This document shows, piece after piece, positions 46,084 through 58,083 of a stretch of 64,000 nt of DNA (the stretch's first letter is position 1; each line of letters starts with the position of its first letter). Made by a program: the position numbers and the translations under genes. The notes beneath the pieces are model-generated. The model made no database searches. It saw nothing but the letters and a program-made list of their open reading frames with translations, and was not told where the DNA came from. Source of the stretch: Gracilinanus agilis (Eukaryota); assembly GCF_016433145.1 (NCBI RefSeq), contig NC_058132.1:204139682-204203681 (forward strand), in the 5' to 3' direction.

Positions 46084-47900
46084 ATGTCTGGGAATACACA
46101 GTTGATTATTATAATTCTGAATGTGAATGGGATGAACTTGCCCATAAAAATGGAAGCAAATAGCAGAGTGGATTAGAAACCAAAATCCTATCATATGTTG
46201 TCTATAAGAAACACACATGAGACAGGCAGACATACATAGAGTACTTAAAGAATCCTAGAGAATCAACTAAAAAGCTAGTAGAAATAATCAACAACTTTAG
46301 CAGAGTTGCAGGATACAAAATAAATGCATATAAATCATCAGCATTTCTATATATTTCCAACACATCACAGCAGCAAGAGTTAGAAAGAGAAACACCATTT
46401 AAAATCACCCTAGACAATATAAAATACTTAGGAATCTATCTACCAAAACAAACACAGGAATTATATTAACACAACCACAAAACACTTTCCAAACAATTAA
46501 AACTAGATCTAATGCTCATGGGTAGGACGAGCTAACATAATAAAAATGACCATTCTACCCAAATTAATTTACTTATTTAGTGCCATACCTATCGAACTAC
46601 CAAGAAACTTTTTTACAGAATTAGAAAAAACTATAATAAAGTTCATTTGGAAGAACAAAAGATCAAGAATATCAAGGGAAATAATGAAAAAAAAATGTGA
46701 AGGAAGGTGGCCTATCAGTACCAGATATTAAACTATACTATAAAGCAGTGGTCATCAAAACAATATGGTCCTGGCTAAGAGAAAGAAGGGAGGATCAGTG
46801 GAATAGACTTGGGGTAAGTGACATCAACTAGACAGTCTATGATAAACCCAAAGAGCCCAACTTTTGGGACAAAAATCTACTATTGGACAAAAACTGTTGG
46901 GAAAATTGGAAAACATTATTGGAGAGATTAGGTTTAGATCAACATCTCACACCCTACATCAAGATAAATTCAGAGTAGGTGAATGACTTGACTATAAAGA
47001 AGGAAACTATAAGAAAATTAGGCAAACACAGAATAGCATACTTGTCAGATCTCTGGGAAAGGAAAGATTTAAAAACCAAGCAAGAGTTAGAAAAAATTAC
47101 AAAATGTAAAATAAATAATTTCGATTACATTAAAAAGTTTTTGTACAAACAAAAACAATGCAACTAAAATCAGAAGGGAAACAAAAACTGGGAAGAAATC
47201 TTTATAACAAAAAACTCTGATAAAGGTCTATTTACTCAAATATACAAGGAGCTAAATCAATTGTACAAAAAAATTAAGCCATTCTCCAATTGATAAATGG
47301 GCAAAGGACATGAATAGGAAATTTTCAGATAAAGAAATCAAAACTATCAATGAGCACATAAGAAAGTGTTCTAAATCTCTAATAATTAGAGAAATGCAAA
47401 TCAAAACAACTCTGAGGTATCACCTCACACCCAGCAGACTTGCTAAAATGACAGCAGGGGAGAGTAATGAATGTTGGAGGGGATGTGGCAAAATTGGGAC
47501 ATTAATGCATTTCTGATGGAGTTGTGAATTGATCCAACCATTCTCAATGGCAATTTGGAACTATGCCCAAAGGGTGCTAAAAGATTGCCTGCCCTTTGAT
47601 CCAGCCATACCATTGATGGATTTGTACCCCAAAAAGAGATCATAGGGAAAAAGACATGTACAAAAATATTTATACCTGTACTCTTTGTGGTGGCAAAAAA
47701 CTGGAAAACAAGGGTATGCCCTTCAATTGGGGAATGGCTGAACAAATTGTGGTATCTGTTGGTGATGGAATACTATGGTGTTCAAAGGAATAATAAACTG
47801 GAGGAATTCCATGTGAACTGGAATGATCTCCAGGAATTGATGCAGAGTGAAAGGAGCCGAACCAAGAGAACATTATACACAGAGACGGATACACTGGTAA
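46084..47900 (+). pseudogene. L1 ORF2p remnant: N-terminal about 50 codons of the endonuclease fused to the post-RT region
   Basis: MSGNTQLIIIILNVNG...NPIICCL*ETHMRQ joins directly at 46242-46243 to YLKNPRESTKKLVEIINNFSRVAGYKIN. The C-terminus retains [20 protein letters not shown] and CPSIGEWLNKLW. Confidence 0.9.
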
Positions 47901-49726
47901 AATTGAATGTAATGGACTTCTGTACTAGTAACAATGCAATGACCCAGGACAATTAATTCTGAGGGATTTTTGGAAAAGAATGCTACCCACATTCAGAGGA
48001 AGAACTACAGGAGTGGAAACAGAAGAAAAACAACTGCTTGATCACATGGGTTGATGCGGACACGATTTGGGATATAGACTCTTAGTATCCACCCTAGAGC
48101 AATTATCAATAATATGGAAATAGGTCTTGATTGATGACACATGAAGAAACCAGTGGAAATGTGTATTGGCTACGGTGGTTGGGGGAGGGGTTGAGGGCTG
48201 GGGAAGAGAGAGCAAGAACATGAATCATGTAACCATGGAAAAAAATTTTTTCTAAAAAAAAAAAAGAACAGTCTCACCAAATTTCAGAGTCTCAGGTCCA
48301 TGAAGCATATCCTTCACTAGCCTTCAACTCAAACTCCCACTCCAACTCGAACTCTGGACTCTGAAGAACTGCCTCCAAAGGAAGATGCCGCTGCTTTTAA
48401 AGACATTTCTTTGCCTCACTTCCTGTGCATTCCTTCCACATGGACCAATTGTAGCTTTAGCTTTGCTTAGGACTGCCCAGGGAGCAGTCAGTCATTTCTG
48501 ATTCTTCTCCTCCTATAGCACACATACCTCCCCATACTTAAGGATAAGTGTGTTGTAACAGATCTAATAATAATGAAAAAGTCTGAAATATGAGAATGAC
48601 CAGAATGTGACAAAGAGACACGCTAAGAACACATGCTGTGAAAAAATTGGCATTTGCTTGCTTGATGTAGGGTTGCTACAAACCTTCAATTTGTAAAAAA
48701 ATGCAATATCTGTGAAGTGCTGTAAAATAAGGTATATGTGTATCTCATCCCATCCCTTCCCCTTATAGGGATAGGGACTAGACTGGTAATTCTCTTGGTA
48801 TATGGAACTTCCAGCTGAGGAAACTCCCTATACAATGCAGGTCAATACCCTCTATACAACTTACAGTTTCAGAGTTACCTAGAACATTGAGAGATTTCAC
48901 AACTTGCCCAGGGTCACTCAGGTAGTATGAGTCAGAAGTAGTACCTAACCTTAAACTCTTCTCGGCTCCAAGGCTAGTTCTACCCACTATACCACATTGT
49001 CTCTCCCATCTTTTATGGATAATAAATGGTATTACAACATAGGATGGACTTTGACATATAGCCTCCTGGAGGTTATGAAAAGGACAGATATGGGCACAAT
49101 CAGAAATCATTTCTACAAATGGCAGAAAATCTCCCTCTCCTTGCTGGTTGTTTCTGAATGACAATTGACAGAGGCCATAAGTGGGTAGAAATGGGGAAGC
49201 CTCAGGATGCAGAGGCAGAAAAAAGCATAAGGGTGGTGATCATGTTTTCCAAACCCCAAATTAGGACAAAATATTTCAGTACACAAGGTGTACTGAAAAA
49301 TCCCAGAGAGAGTCTCAAATTATGATTTATAATGATCTGTACCCTCAAAGAGATTGCAATCCACGTGAAGATACTACAAAGGAATATGTGGGTCTGTGTC
49401 CACTGAATGATGCACTCAATGAGTGTTGTAGGTTGACAGAGGGGGAAAGGTTATTTTCAGGGCCCCATTCCCTAATCCTCCCTTCCTCAAGTCAGTTCTT
49501 AACCAGGACTTGGCCTGATTGGGATTTTGTGCTGCTTCCTCTCATAACATAAAGAACAATTAGTAGTGAGAATATCTGAGTTTAAAACCCCAGTTTTTTT
49601 TATTCACTCCCTGTGTGACTTCTCAGGACTCATCCTCATTTGTAAAATAAGAAAGATAGACTTGAAGGTGTTTACACTCTTTCCCAGCTTAAATTTCTAT
49701 GATCCCTTTTATTTAAAAGCCTTCAG

Positions 49727-49938
49727 GGGGCAGCTGGGTAGCTCAGTGGATTGAGAGCCAGGCCCAGAGACAGGAGGTCCTGGATTCAAATCTGGCTTCA
49801 GACACTTCCTAGCTGTGTGACCCTGGGCAAGTCACTTCACCCCCATTGCCTAGCCCTTACTGCTCTTCTGCCTTAGAACCAATACCCAGTATTGATTCTA
49901 AGATGGAAGGTAAAGGTTTTAAAAAAAATTAATAAAAA
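49727..49938 (+). mobile_element. Young SINE with 13-bp TSD
   Basis: TSD TAAAAGCCTTCAG at 49714-49726 and 49939-49951. Confidence 0.88.
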
Positions 49939-51599
49939 TAAAAGCCTTCAGATGTCTGTATAGTTAGGTTTCTGTCCCTATAGATTCCCAAGGCCAGAAA
50001 GGAAGACGTTTTCCTGTCATGTCTCTGTAAATCAGTCCTCAGATCTTACATTGTTCATATGCTTTGCATTTGAACACAGTAGACTCTCAATTAAAGTTGG
50101 TTGAATTGAAATTTAATTGAGTTATTGCTTGAGAAAAGCCATCACTGGGCTGGGATGATACCTTCTCTTGTCTTGGTTCATTGCCATCCAGGAGTTGCTG
50201 TCCAGGGCCAGATGGAAAAGGGTCAGCTGGAACTGACCTCCCACTGGTCTTCCTTCTGCCTTATATTCCACCAGGACCTCAGCCCTTCAAAGGCTGACTC
50301 CTTAACCATTATCTCCCCAGTCCCCCAGGCTAAGCCTGCTGCTTCTCCTGCTGTCAGATCTGTGCAGGGATATACCCTGCTGGTGAGAATCCATTAGAAC
50401 AGAGATGGAGGGGTGGGCAGTGGGGGTTATTCTCTGGGCTGATGATGTGAGGAAATGGCCAAGTGCACTCAGAATTCTTGCTTTGCTCTGAAGATAACTT
50501 TTGTCTATTCCTCAGTTCCTGCAGTGGAGAGTGGACAGGCAGAGATCTCTCCATATTCCCATAGGCTGTTTGTTGAATTTCTGAGAGGCAGCACAGTATA
50601 GTGCATATGACATTGGGCCCAGAGTCAGAAAAACTTGGGTTCAAATCCCTATACCTATGCTAGCTGTATAATTTTAGGCAAGTAATGTAGTCTCTTTTCT
50701 TTATCTGTAAAATAAAGGAAGTAAGCAGTTCTATGATTTTGAGATCCTTGTTTGGGATTGGACTTTGCAAAGACTACTCTTCCTTCTTGTTCCCATTTTA
50801 TTTTTATTTTTTCTTCCCTTCTACCCTCTATACCCAAGAAGCAAGGAGGTGAGGATGCTCATTAAGGGAACAAATGGAAGGTAGACCTTGTCTGTGGTTG
50901 GAAGGAGGGAGGAGACATCACAGTGTCTTTGAGAATGACTAGCTGTTTTCCTGGAGGAAGCTACTCCACTGTCCAGTTCCCCATCACCTACCTCAGTAAA
51001 GCTACCATTCTTACTCTGCTGATTTTCCTGCTTATCTGGTTTCCCTTCCCTGATCTATCTTGGCCTTTTTTCTGGTTGCATTTCCCTCTGGAAACAGTAG
51101 GGGGTACAGAAGGGACAAGTTCACTCTAGTAACCTAAGAGATAATGGGGGGAGGTGGGGGAGAAGGGGAGGGAGGGTGGCGGATGCAGAGCTGGGGCTCA
51201 GATGGCCTTAGGTGTCCCTATTCTAGCTCCCACAGGACCAAACTTGCCTCCTCCCTTCATAGCCCCATAAATCTGCTCAGCAGCTGTCTCTGCCATAAAT
51301 CCCCATGACAGCCCCTTTCTGTAGATTAGCTCTAGGAGCTGAGCTGAGGCAAGGACATTTCTGCCCGTCTCCATTCAACAACCTTCAGCCTGTGCTCAAG
51401 CTGGGAATACTGTCCTCGGACGAAGATTCTTAGGAGGAAAGAATGGGAGGGTGTCCCTTCAGGCGAATGGGAGTACCTCTACTTTGTACATGACAGAAGC
51501 CCAATAAAAATGTACTCAGTGAATAAATAAATGGAGAGAGTGAATGAAGGAATGAAAGAACGTTTTAAGTCAAAGGAGGGAAGAAGTGGGGAGGGGACT

Positions 51600-52600
51600 A
51601 TTCTAGGGAATAAGGGACATGTCCTAGGGAATAGGGGCTACCTTGAGGAATGAGGGATGTTTGTCCTTAGACAAAAGGGAAATCATCCTTAGACAAAAGG
51701 GAAATTGTCCTTAGACATGAAGGATAGTTATTATATGTAATTGGTCAAAAAAGAAAAGAAATGAGAGGTATAGAGGTATCTAGGTGGCTCAGTGGATTGA
51801 GAACCAAGCTCAGAGATGGGAGGTCTTGGGTTCAAATGTGACCTCAGATACTTCTTAGGTGTGTGATCCTGGGCAAGTCACTTAATCCCCATTGCCCCAG
51901 TTCTTACCGCTCTTCTCCCTTGGAATCAATACACAGTATTGATTCTAAGATGGAAGATAAGGATTTGAAAAAAAAAAGAAGGAATAAAATGGGGAACAGG
52001 ATATCCTAGGTAATGGGGTTTTATCCTTGGGAAATGGAGGTCCTGAGAAATGGGTAGTCTGTCATAGGGAAAGTGGGAGCATGTCCCTAGAAGATGAGGA
52101 GATTGTCTTGGGGACTGGGTAGTAGGTCCTAAAGAAAGAGGGTCTGTCCCTAGAGAATAGAGTGGTTTTTCTGGGAATTGCAAAGGGGTAAGTCATTTTT
52201 AAAAAATGAAAGGATTTGTTTTAGGGTGTGAATGTTCTAGGGGAGGAAGGGCATATCATTAAAGAATGGATGAGTTGTTCTAAGGAGGGGGTCTTAGAGA
52301 ATAGGGAGAATGAGAGGTTGTCTTGGAGGAAAGGATGGGGGGGAGTAGGGAGGAATCCATCCTAGGATATAGGAGGGCTTGCCTTAGATAATGAATGCAT
52401 AAATACTGGGAAAAGAGGGGCCATCTGCCCTAGGGAATGTTGGGAGATCTCTTAGGGGATGGGGCTATTCTAGGCAAATGAGGAATATATCCTAGAAAAT
52501 TAGATGAATCTGTCCTAGAAAATTAGGAAGGGGATGTTCTGGAAAATAGAGGTGGGCGTCTGTCCTGGAGAATGAATGAGAAAGAGGAAAAGGGAACTGT
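51600..52600 (+). repeat. Decayed 21-23-bp purine-rich minisatellite, interrupted by a SINE (about 51775-51975)
   Basis: Recurrent TGTCCTAGGGAAT-like units. Exact repeats TCCTTAGACAAAAGGGAAAT near 51664-51705 and CCTAGAAAATTAG at 52491 and 52514. Confidence 0.6.
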
Positions 52601-52762
52601 GGAATCTAAGAATTCAAATGTAATTTCCAAGGTAGGTTAGGTCAAAGCATAGTCATAATAAGGGGTTAGGGATATTGTCCAGCCCATAGCCAACTTCTGA
52701 GCTGGCAGAGAGCAGATGAGGAAGAGATGGATGAGGTTTGACTGCTAGTAACCTCGCTACTG

Positions 52763-52786
52763 CAGCAGCAGCAGCAGCAGCAGCAG
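52763..52786 (+). repeat. (CAG)8 trinucleotide repeat
   Basis: Eight uninterrupted CAG followed by TAG. Confidence 0.95.
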
Positions 52787-53789
52787 TAGCTCCCTTCCCC
52801 TCCCTGTTAGCTCAGTGCTGTGTGACAGGTGGAGGACTTAAAGACACAGTGTCATGTGCCTTGGGTTGGCTAACCTACTTACCCTGGAGAAGATGCTGTG
52901 GTGGTATGGTAGGGACTGGAGGAGACTGTGAGGAGATGCCCTAGGAGAGGACCAAGCAGGGTTATGTCCCTGTATATGTGTACTCATACATCCTCCAGCA
53001 CATGTGTGTGGAGGCATGTTCGGGGGATGAAGGAAGGTGTTAAATGGGAAAGTCACAGAAACTACCAAAATCTTTATGAGGGAATGAACGGTTGGTGTCT
53101 CCATTGTCATGTCAGTGCTTCTGATAGGAGACTGGCTGATGGAAAGAAGTATTTCTCCAAGTGAGCAAGGAGGAGTAAATGCCTATGCATGTGGTGAACA
53201 AGCAGGATGTACTTGTGTGTACACTTTTACATGTGTGGGTACAACCTTGGAACTTCTAGGTCTCTCACCAAGAAACTGTCTTTCCTTTTCTTTCTTACCT
53301 CAGGGCTCTGGGGTGGGAGTGGGGGGGATGGCGGACAGAAAAGTGGAAATTGGGGGAAGGTATTAAAAGTTCATTAGATGGAAACATGTAAAAAAAAAGC
53401 TTCAAATGGAAGATTTACCAACATTCCTTATACATTACTCACTCGACTAAATGGAAAGATGATGTTAATAATAAAATAATTTTTAAATGAAAAAAGTTCA
53501 TTAGAAAGCGACCTCTCCTTGTCCCCTCTCTTCTTGGCACTTACTACTTCAATTGGTGCCTCCAGGGAGGGAGTTTCTCCTGAGGGAAGAGATACGGCGT
53601 GAAGATGTGGAGCTAAGGGCAAAGGAAGGAGAGGGGCGTCAGACAGGTGCAAAGGGAGTTCAAACTGGTCCAGAAACCCCGACCCCCATTGTCTTTCATG
53701 TACTTCAGGGCTCCTATTCTTTGAGATGCCTGGTCCCTAGATCTCTTAGCTTCTCCTTTATTCCCTGCCTTGCAATTCTATCAGTGAAC

Positions 53790-54480
53790 CCCTGGACCAT
53801 AGCTCTTCGCCACTTCCGTCCCCCACTTCGCCTGTTCTCATATCTTCCTCCCCTTGCTCCCCCCGCCCCAGTGCGGGGCTGCGCCGCCCCTTTAAGAGCG
53901 GCGAGGCCAGGCAGCCGCCCGGAGGAGAGCGCAGCCGCCCCGCCGGCCGGCTCCGGAGGAGGCAGCGGAGCTGACTGGGCTCCAGGCAAAGGGGGCTGCG
54001 CAGCTGGCCCACAGTTGGGGTGGGGGGCACCTCGCCCGCCACTCCATCCCCTCAAACCCGGGGCCGGGGCCCTCCCCGCATCTCTGCTCCGCCCTGGCCC
54101 CGCCCAGCCCGGGCCGCCGGACCGGGAGCCTGGACTGCTGAACTGCAACCAGAGGCAAGTAAGGGGGGCAGCAGCGAAGACCCCATTGCAGTCTGGGGGG
54201 GGCCCTCATTCCTCCCATCCTATCGGGCCTCTTATTCAGGAGCGCCCGGGGCGCGTCAAGGTGACTGGATGTATGGAAAGAAATTTGGGGTGGGGGGCTG
54301 TGTTTGTTAGTCCAGTGGCTTGTAGGGGGGCACAGACGTCCCAGTCCGTGCGCCTACTTCTAGGGAGGGCCTCCGCAGCGCACAGCAAAGGGGCTCTGGA
54401 GGAGCTGGACTGTCCATGGGTCCTGTTTCCCCAGGGGGATGAAGGAGGCCCTTTTCGGCCCCCGGGGATGCTCAGTCTCC
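53790..54480 (+). promoter_or_regulatory. ABCG4: ABCG4 CpG island / promoter with non-coding exon 1 ending at 54158
   Basis: CpG-rich; CCCCTTTAAG at 53887-53896; donor GCAA|GTAAGG at 54159; no ATG in the presumed exon. Confidence 0.75.
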
Positions 54481-55092
54481 CGGACACCCTTCCCTCTCTG
54501 GATCCCCTTCCTCTCTATCACTCTCCCCTTACTGCCCCTCCCATTGTCCTCCCTTCTGGATTCTAACCCTCCTCCCTCCTCCCTAGGGCTGGGGCTGTTG
54601 GCCAGAGTCCTGCCGAGTAAGGAGATTAGAGCTTCATGGAGGAGGAAGAGGAAAGGGCCTGCACGGGCTAGGGGCAGAATAGGATCTTTGGTGGGCATAG
54701 CTGTAGGGGATAGAATCTGATGGCTAGTAGAAGGGAATATGTTGAGGTATGCATCGAGGGCAGAGCCCTGAGGCAGATGGGTAATGTTGAATAGCCTGGA
54801 CCGGATTTCTGAGAAGGTAGGGCTGAGGGAGATGGTATGGGGGTATGCTTAAGGGAGATCTTGAGGAAGAATAGTAATGGAGTAGGACAAGAGAAAGCAG
54901 GAATTGTCAGGGAACAAGATGAGAGACCTGTGTAGACAACTGTACATAAGACAAGAAAAAGAGAGAAGGGGGTGGGGTGGAGGGAGGAGGGTGAAGGGGG
55001 TGGAGCAGTGTTAGAGATGGAAGAAGGATCCAGGGCTGGGTGTGATGTTAAACAAATCCCTTCAGCTGCCTGGTTTCCTGCAGGGCAAAGTG

Positions 55093-55342
55093 ATGGAGGA
55101 GAAGGCACTGGAGGTGGGCAGCTGTGGGCTGGGGCCAGGGGCTGTGGCAGTGGCCCTGGAGGATATGGCAGGGCGCCCTGGCCCCACAGAGCCCCCCCTA
55201 CTGACCACACACCTGAAGAAAGTGGAGAACCATATCACAGAAGCCCAGCGCTTCTCTCATCTTCCAAAGCGCTCTGCAGTTGATGTAGAATTCGTGGAGC
55301 TGTCCTATTCTGTTCGAGAGGGACCCTGCTGGCGCAAGAGGG
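55093..55342 (+). CDS. ABCG4: ABCG4 exon 2 (first coding; exon starts 55084)
   Basis: MEEKALEVGSCGLGPGAVAV...LTTHLKKVENHITEAQRFSHLPKRSAVDVEFVELSYSVREGPCWRKR; CAG/GTATGG. Confidence 0.94.
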
Positions 55343-57082
55343 GTATGGAAGAACCACTACTTCTATTCCTGAGTTTTCTGTCTCCTTATTTTGCTCTTTT
55401 TCTTCCTCCCTAGTGGGTACTATCTGCATACTATGCCCTCTACCTCTTAACTTGTCATTGTTGTTTTTTTGCCTTCTAAATGGGCACCATGCCCTCTCTC
55501 CTCTGAACAGGCACTGAAAACTCATAAAACCATGTAATTTAAAAGTGGGGAGGGATTTCAGAGGTCATCTAGTCCCATTCTCTATTAGCTTTCTGAATCT
55601 CGGAAGCAACATTGGAGGCAGATGAGGAAAGATTTAGAATCAGAGAACTTGGATTTGAATCATAATTTGATGTATGACACTTTCCTGGGTAACTTGAGGC
55701 AAATCGCTTACCCTGAGCCTCAGTTGTGAAATATAGGAGTTTACTTTGAAGATCTTTAAATTCTTATCGGGCTCTAAATTTTCCGATGTATTTTGTAAAT
55801 ATTCATAAATGATCATCTAGAGCAGCTAGGTAGTATAGTGGATAGGGAAGACCTGGACTAAAATCTGGCCTCAGCTATGTGACCCCTTATAGGCAAGTCA
55901 CTTAACCCTGATTGTCTAACCCTTGCCTCTCTTCTGTCTTAGCACTGATACTTGGTATCTAATAATTAGTATCTTAGTATCTTAGAATTCATTAATTAGT
56001 TAAGAATTAATATCTTAAACTCTATACTTAGTATCTAAGGACAGAACTATGACTAGGACAGAAAGTAAGGGTTTAAAAGAAATAAACAGGTGAAGAGAGA
56101 TAGGGAGATAAGCCAGGCATAGGTAACAATCTGTGAGAATTGTGAGAATGAAGTGCTGTTCTGGGGCAAAGGTGGCAGAAGGTTATCCAGTTTGACTGGA
56201 GGGAAAAAATATCTAAGGTGAAATAAAATAGGGTCTTGGATGCCAGGCAAAGGATGAGTGGAGGGAAAAGGATCATTCCATCATGGAGATGAGGAAAAGG
56301 AGTTACGAAGAGATTAAATAACTAACTTAAGATCACACAGCACATCAGTGTCAGACCTATAATAAACACATGTGATTACCAGTCCATATTCTTCGATTTG
56401 TAATATCTTGGTATTCCTCTAAGCTCAGAACTAGGCAGATGGGAGAAAAAAGTAGCTCCCATTTCTTTTCCTGGCCCAAATCTGGAGGTGTTGAGGTAGG
56501 TGAGGGATGGTTTTGTAACTGGCAATGGGATATCCTGGGTTCAGTAAAGCCTTAGTAACCCTCCTCTGCTCCAGGCAGCATGAGCTGAGAACACACAAGC
56601 TGAGTTTCCCAGAACTGGTGTGAAGACCAAAAGGGTAAATTATTCTGAATTTGAGCAACTGGACTGAAACACTTCTAAGCAGGGCTTTTAGCAACCTTCT
56701 CTTCCTTTAGTCACCTCATTTCTCTTTTTGCACACGTGAACTCTGGAGAACTTGAAAGAGGACAAGGGTCAGAGTTGAACAGGAACTTGAGCATCAGTAT
56801 GATTCGAGGGTCTAGATTAGCTTTCAGTAAATGGTGAAATAAGGGGAAATGTTGGAGGAGAATCTTCCTCCCTCCTAGTTTTATGAAAAAATTAATTACA
56901 TTTTTGGTTTGAAGATAGAACACATCACTAATACGAAACTTCTTTGAAAATAAAATTATATACACATGTGTGTATATATATATGTATATGTATATGTATA
57001 TATTTTTTTGATTGCACATGAGTTTTATGTGAACCAGACTTTTTTGGTAGGAAGAAGCAAGAAGAAGGAATGCAGGAGGCTA

Positions 57083-58083
57083 TAGAGTGTCCCAAAGGTC
57101 TTAGTGCAGTTTAAAACTTTAATAACTTTATAAGTATAAATGCTATAAACTTACAAAGACATTATTAGAAAGTTTAATTATTTAAAATTTAAAATATTTA
57201 ATTTTGCAAATGTTGAGAAATAAAGTTTTAATTTTAATTTTAACAAGACGGATCATTATACATTGTATGTGGGACAGTTTCTAGGTGACACTTTTTCAGG
57301 CTGATGCATTGACAGAATATTTCCTTTTATTTGGCTACCTTGGTCAGCTGATTTATCTCCATTAGATTTTTTCTTGTGGGGTCATATCAAAACTGTCACA
57401 TATGGGGGAGCAGTGGATTGAGAGTCAGGCCCAGAGACCAGGGGTCCTGGTTTCAAATGTGACTTCTGATACATCCTAGCTGTGTGACCCTGGGCAAGTC
57501 ACTTAACCTCTAGTGCCTAGTGCTTACTATTGTTCTGCCTTGGTACTGATTCACAATATTCATTCTAAAAGAGAAGGAAAGGATTAAAAAAAAAAACCAA
57601 GTCACATATGAATCAAAACTTCATTCTTTGCATGATCCCAACATTAAGATTCTTTAAAAAACCTTTATCTTCTGTCTTAGAATCAATATTTAGTATCTGT
57701 TTCAAGGCAGAAAAGCAGTTAGAATTAGGCCATTGGGGTTAAGTGACTTGCCTAGGGTCACTTTAGCTAGAAAGTACCTGAGGCCATATTTGAACCCATG
57801 ACCTCCTGACTCCAGGCCTGGCACTTTATCCACTGTGCTACCTAACTACTGCCCCTTAATACTAGGATTACCCTTTTAGTCCCTGACCTGCCCCTAGTTA
57901 AAGTTTTTATAGAGTTAAGAAATGGACTAGAGTAATGTATATAGAATAAGATAGTGATTATGTTGATATGTTTAATAAATAACATTCATATTTTAAACAT
58001 TAAATATAAATTTTCAGGTTATATATATTAGCATTTTTTACTTTTGAAGTTATTAAAAGACTATGAATTTTTAGGAGATCCTG
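57083..58083 (+). mobile_element. Tc1/mariner-superfamily DNA transposon fossil, interrupted by two SINEs
   Basis: Left TIR TA|TAGAGTGTCCCAAAGGTCTTAGTGCAG; degenerate right TIR TTTTAGGAGATCCTG. Transposase remnants QDG..HYTLYVGQFL and WLPWSADLSPLDFFLWGHIK at 57244-57390. Confidence 0.8.
57398..57855. mobile_element. Inverted SINE pair inside the mariner fossil
   Basis: Plus copy at about 57398-57600 with TSD GTCACATATG (about 57388 and 57601); minus copy at about 57655-57855. Confidence 0.75.

Larger units (their letters stand above)
43567..48262 (+). mobile_element. Full-length-5' LINE-1 with internal ORF2 deletion, about 4.7 kb
   Basis: Starts GGAATTCTGGGAAGATGGC and contains 5' UTR, ORF1, spacer, ORF2 remnants, 3' UTR and poly-A. 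TSD AAAAAACAGTCTCA (43553-43566) / AAAGAACAGTCTCA (48263-48276) at a TT|AAAA endonuclease site. Confidence 0.92.
43207..48560 (-). mobile_element. Solo ERV-type LTR split by an L1 insertion (LTR parts 43207-43566 and 48263-48560)
   Basis: Termini TGTAAGGG ... TGTAACA; TATA-like TTTAAAA on minus near 48395 and CCAAT near 48445. The sequence on either side of the L1 TSD reads as one continuous element. No LTR TSD found. Confidence 0.6.

Noticed and set aside
52877-52886. Strong minus-strand donor (AGG|GTAAGT) suggesting an antisense lncRNA exon from the ABCG4 promoter
   Set aside because: A single hexamer is expected many times per strand in 64 kb; no acceptor or other support.
53553-54566. 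337-aa plus-strand ORF across the ABCG4 promoter
   Set aside because: Same CpG-island artefact; it runs through the exon 1 donor and has no domain signature.
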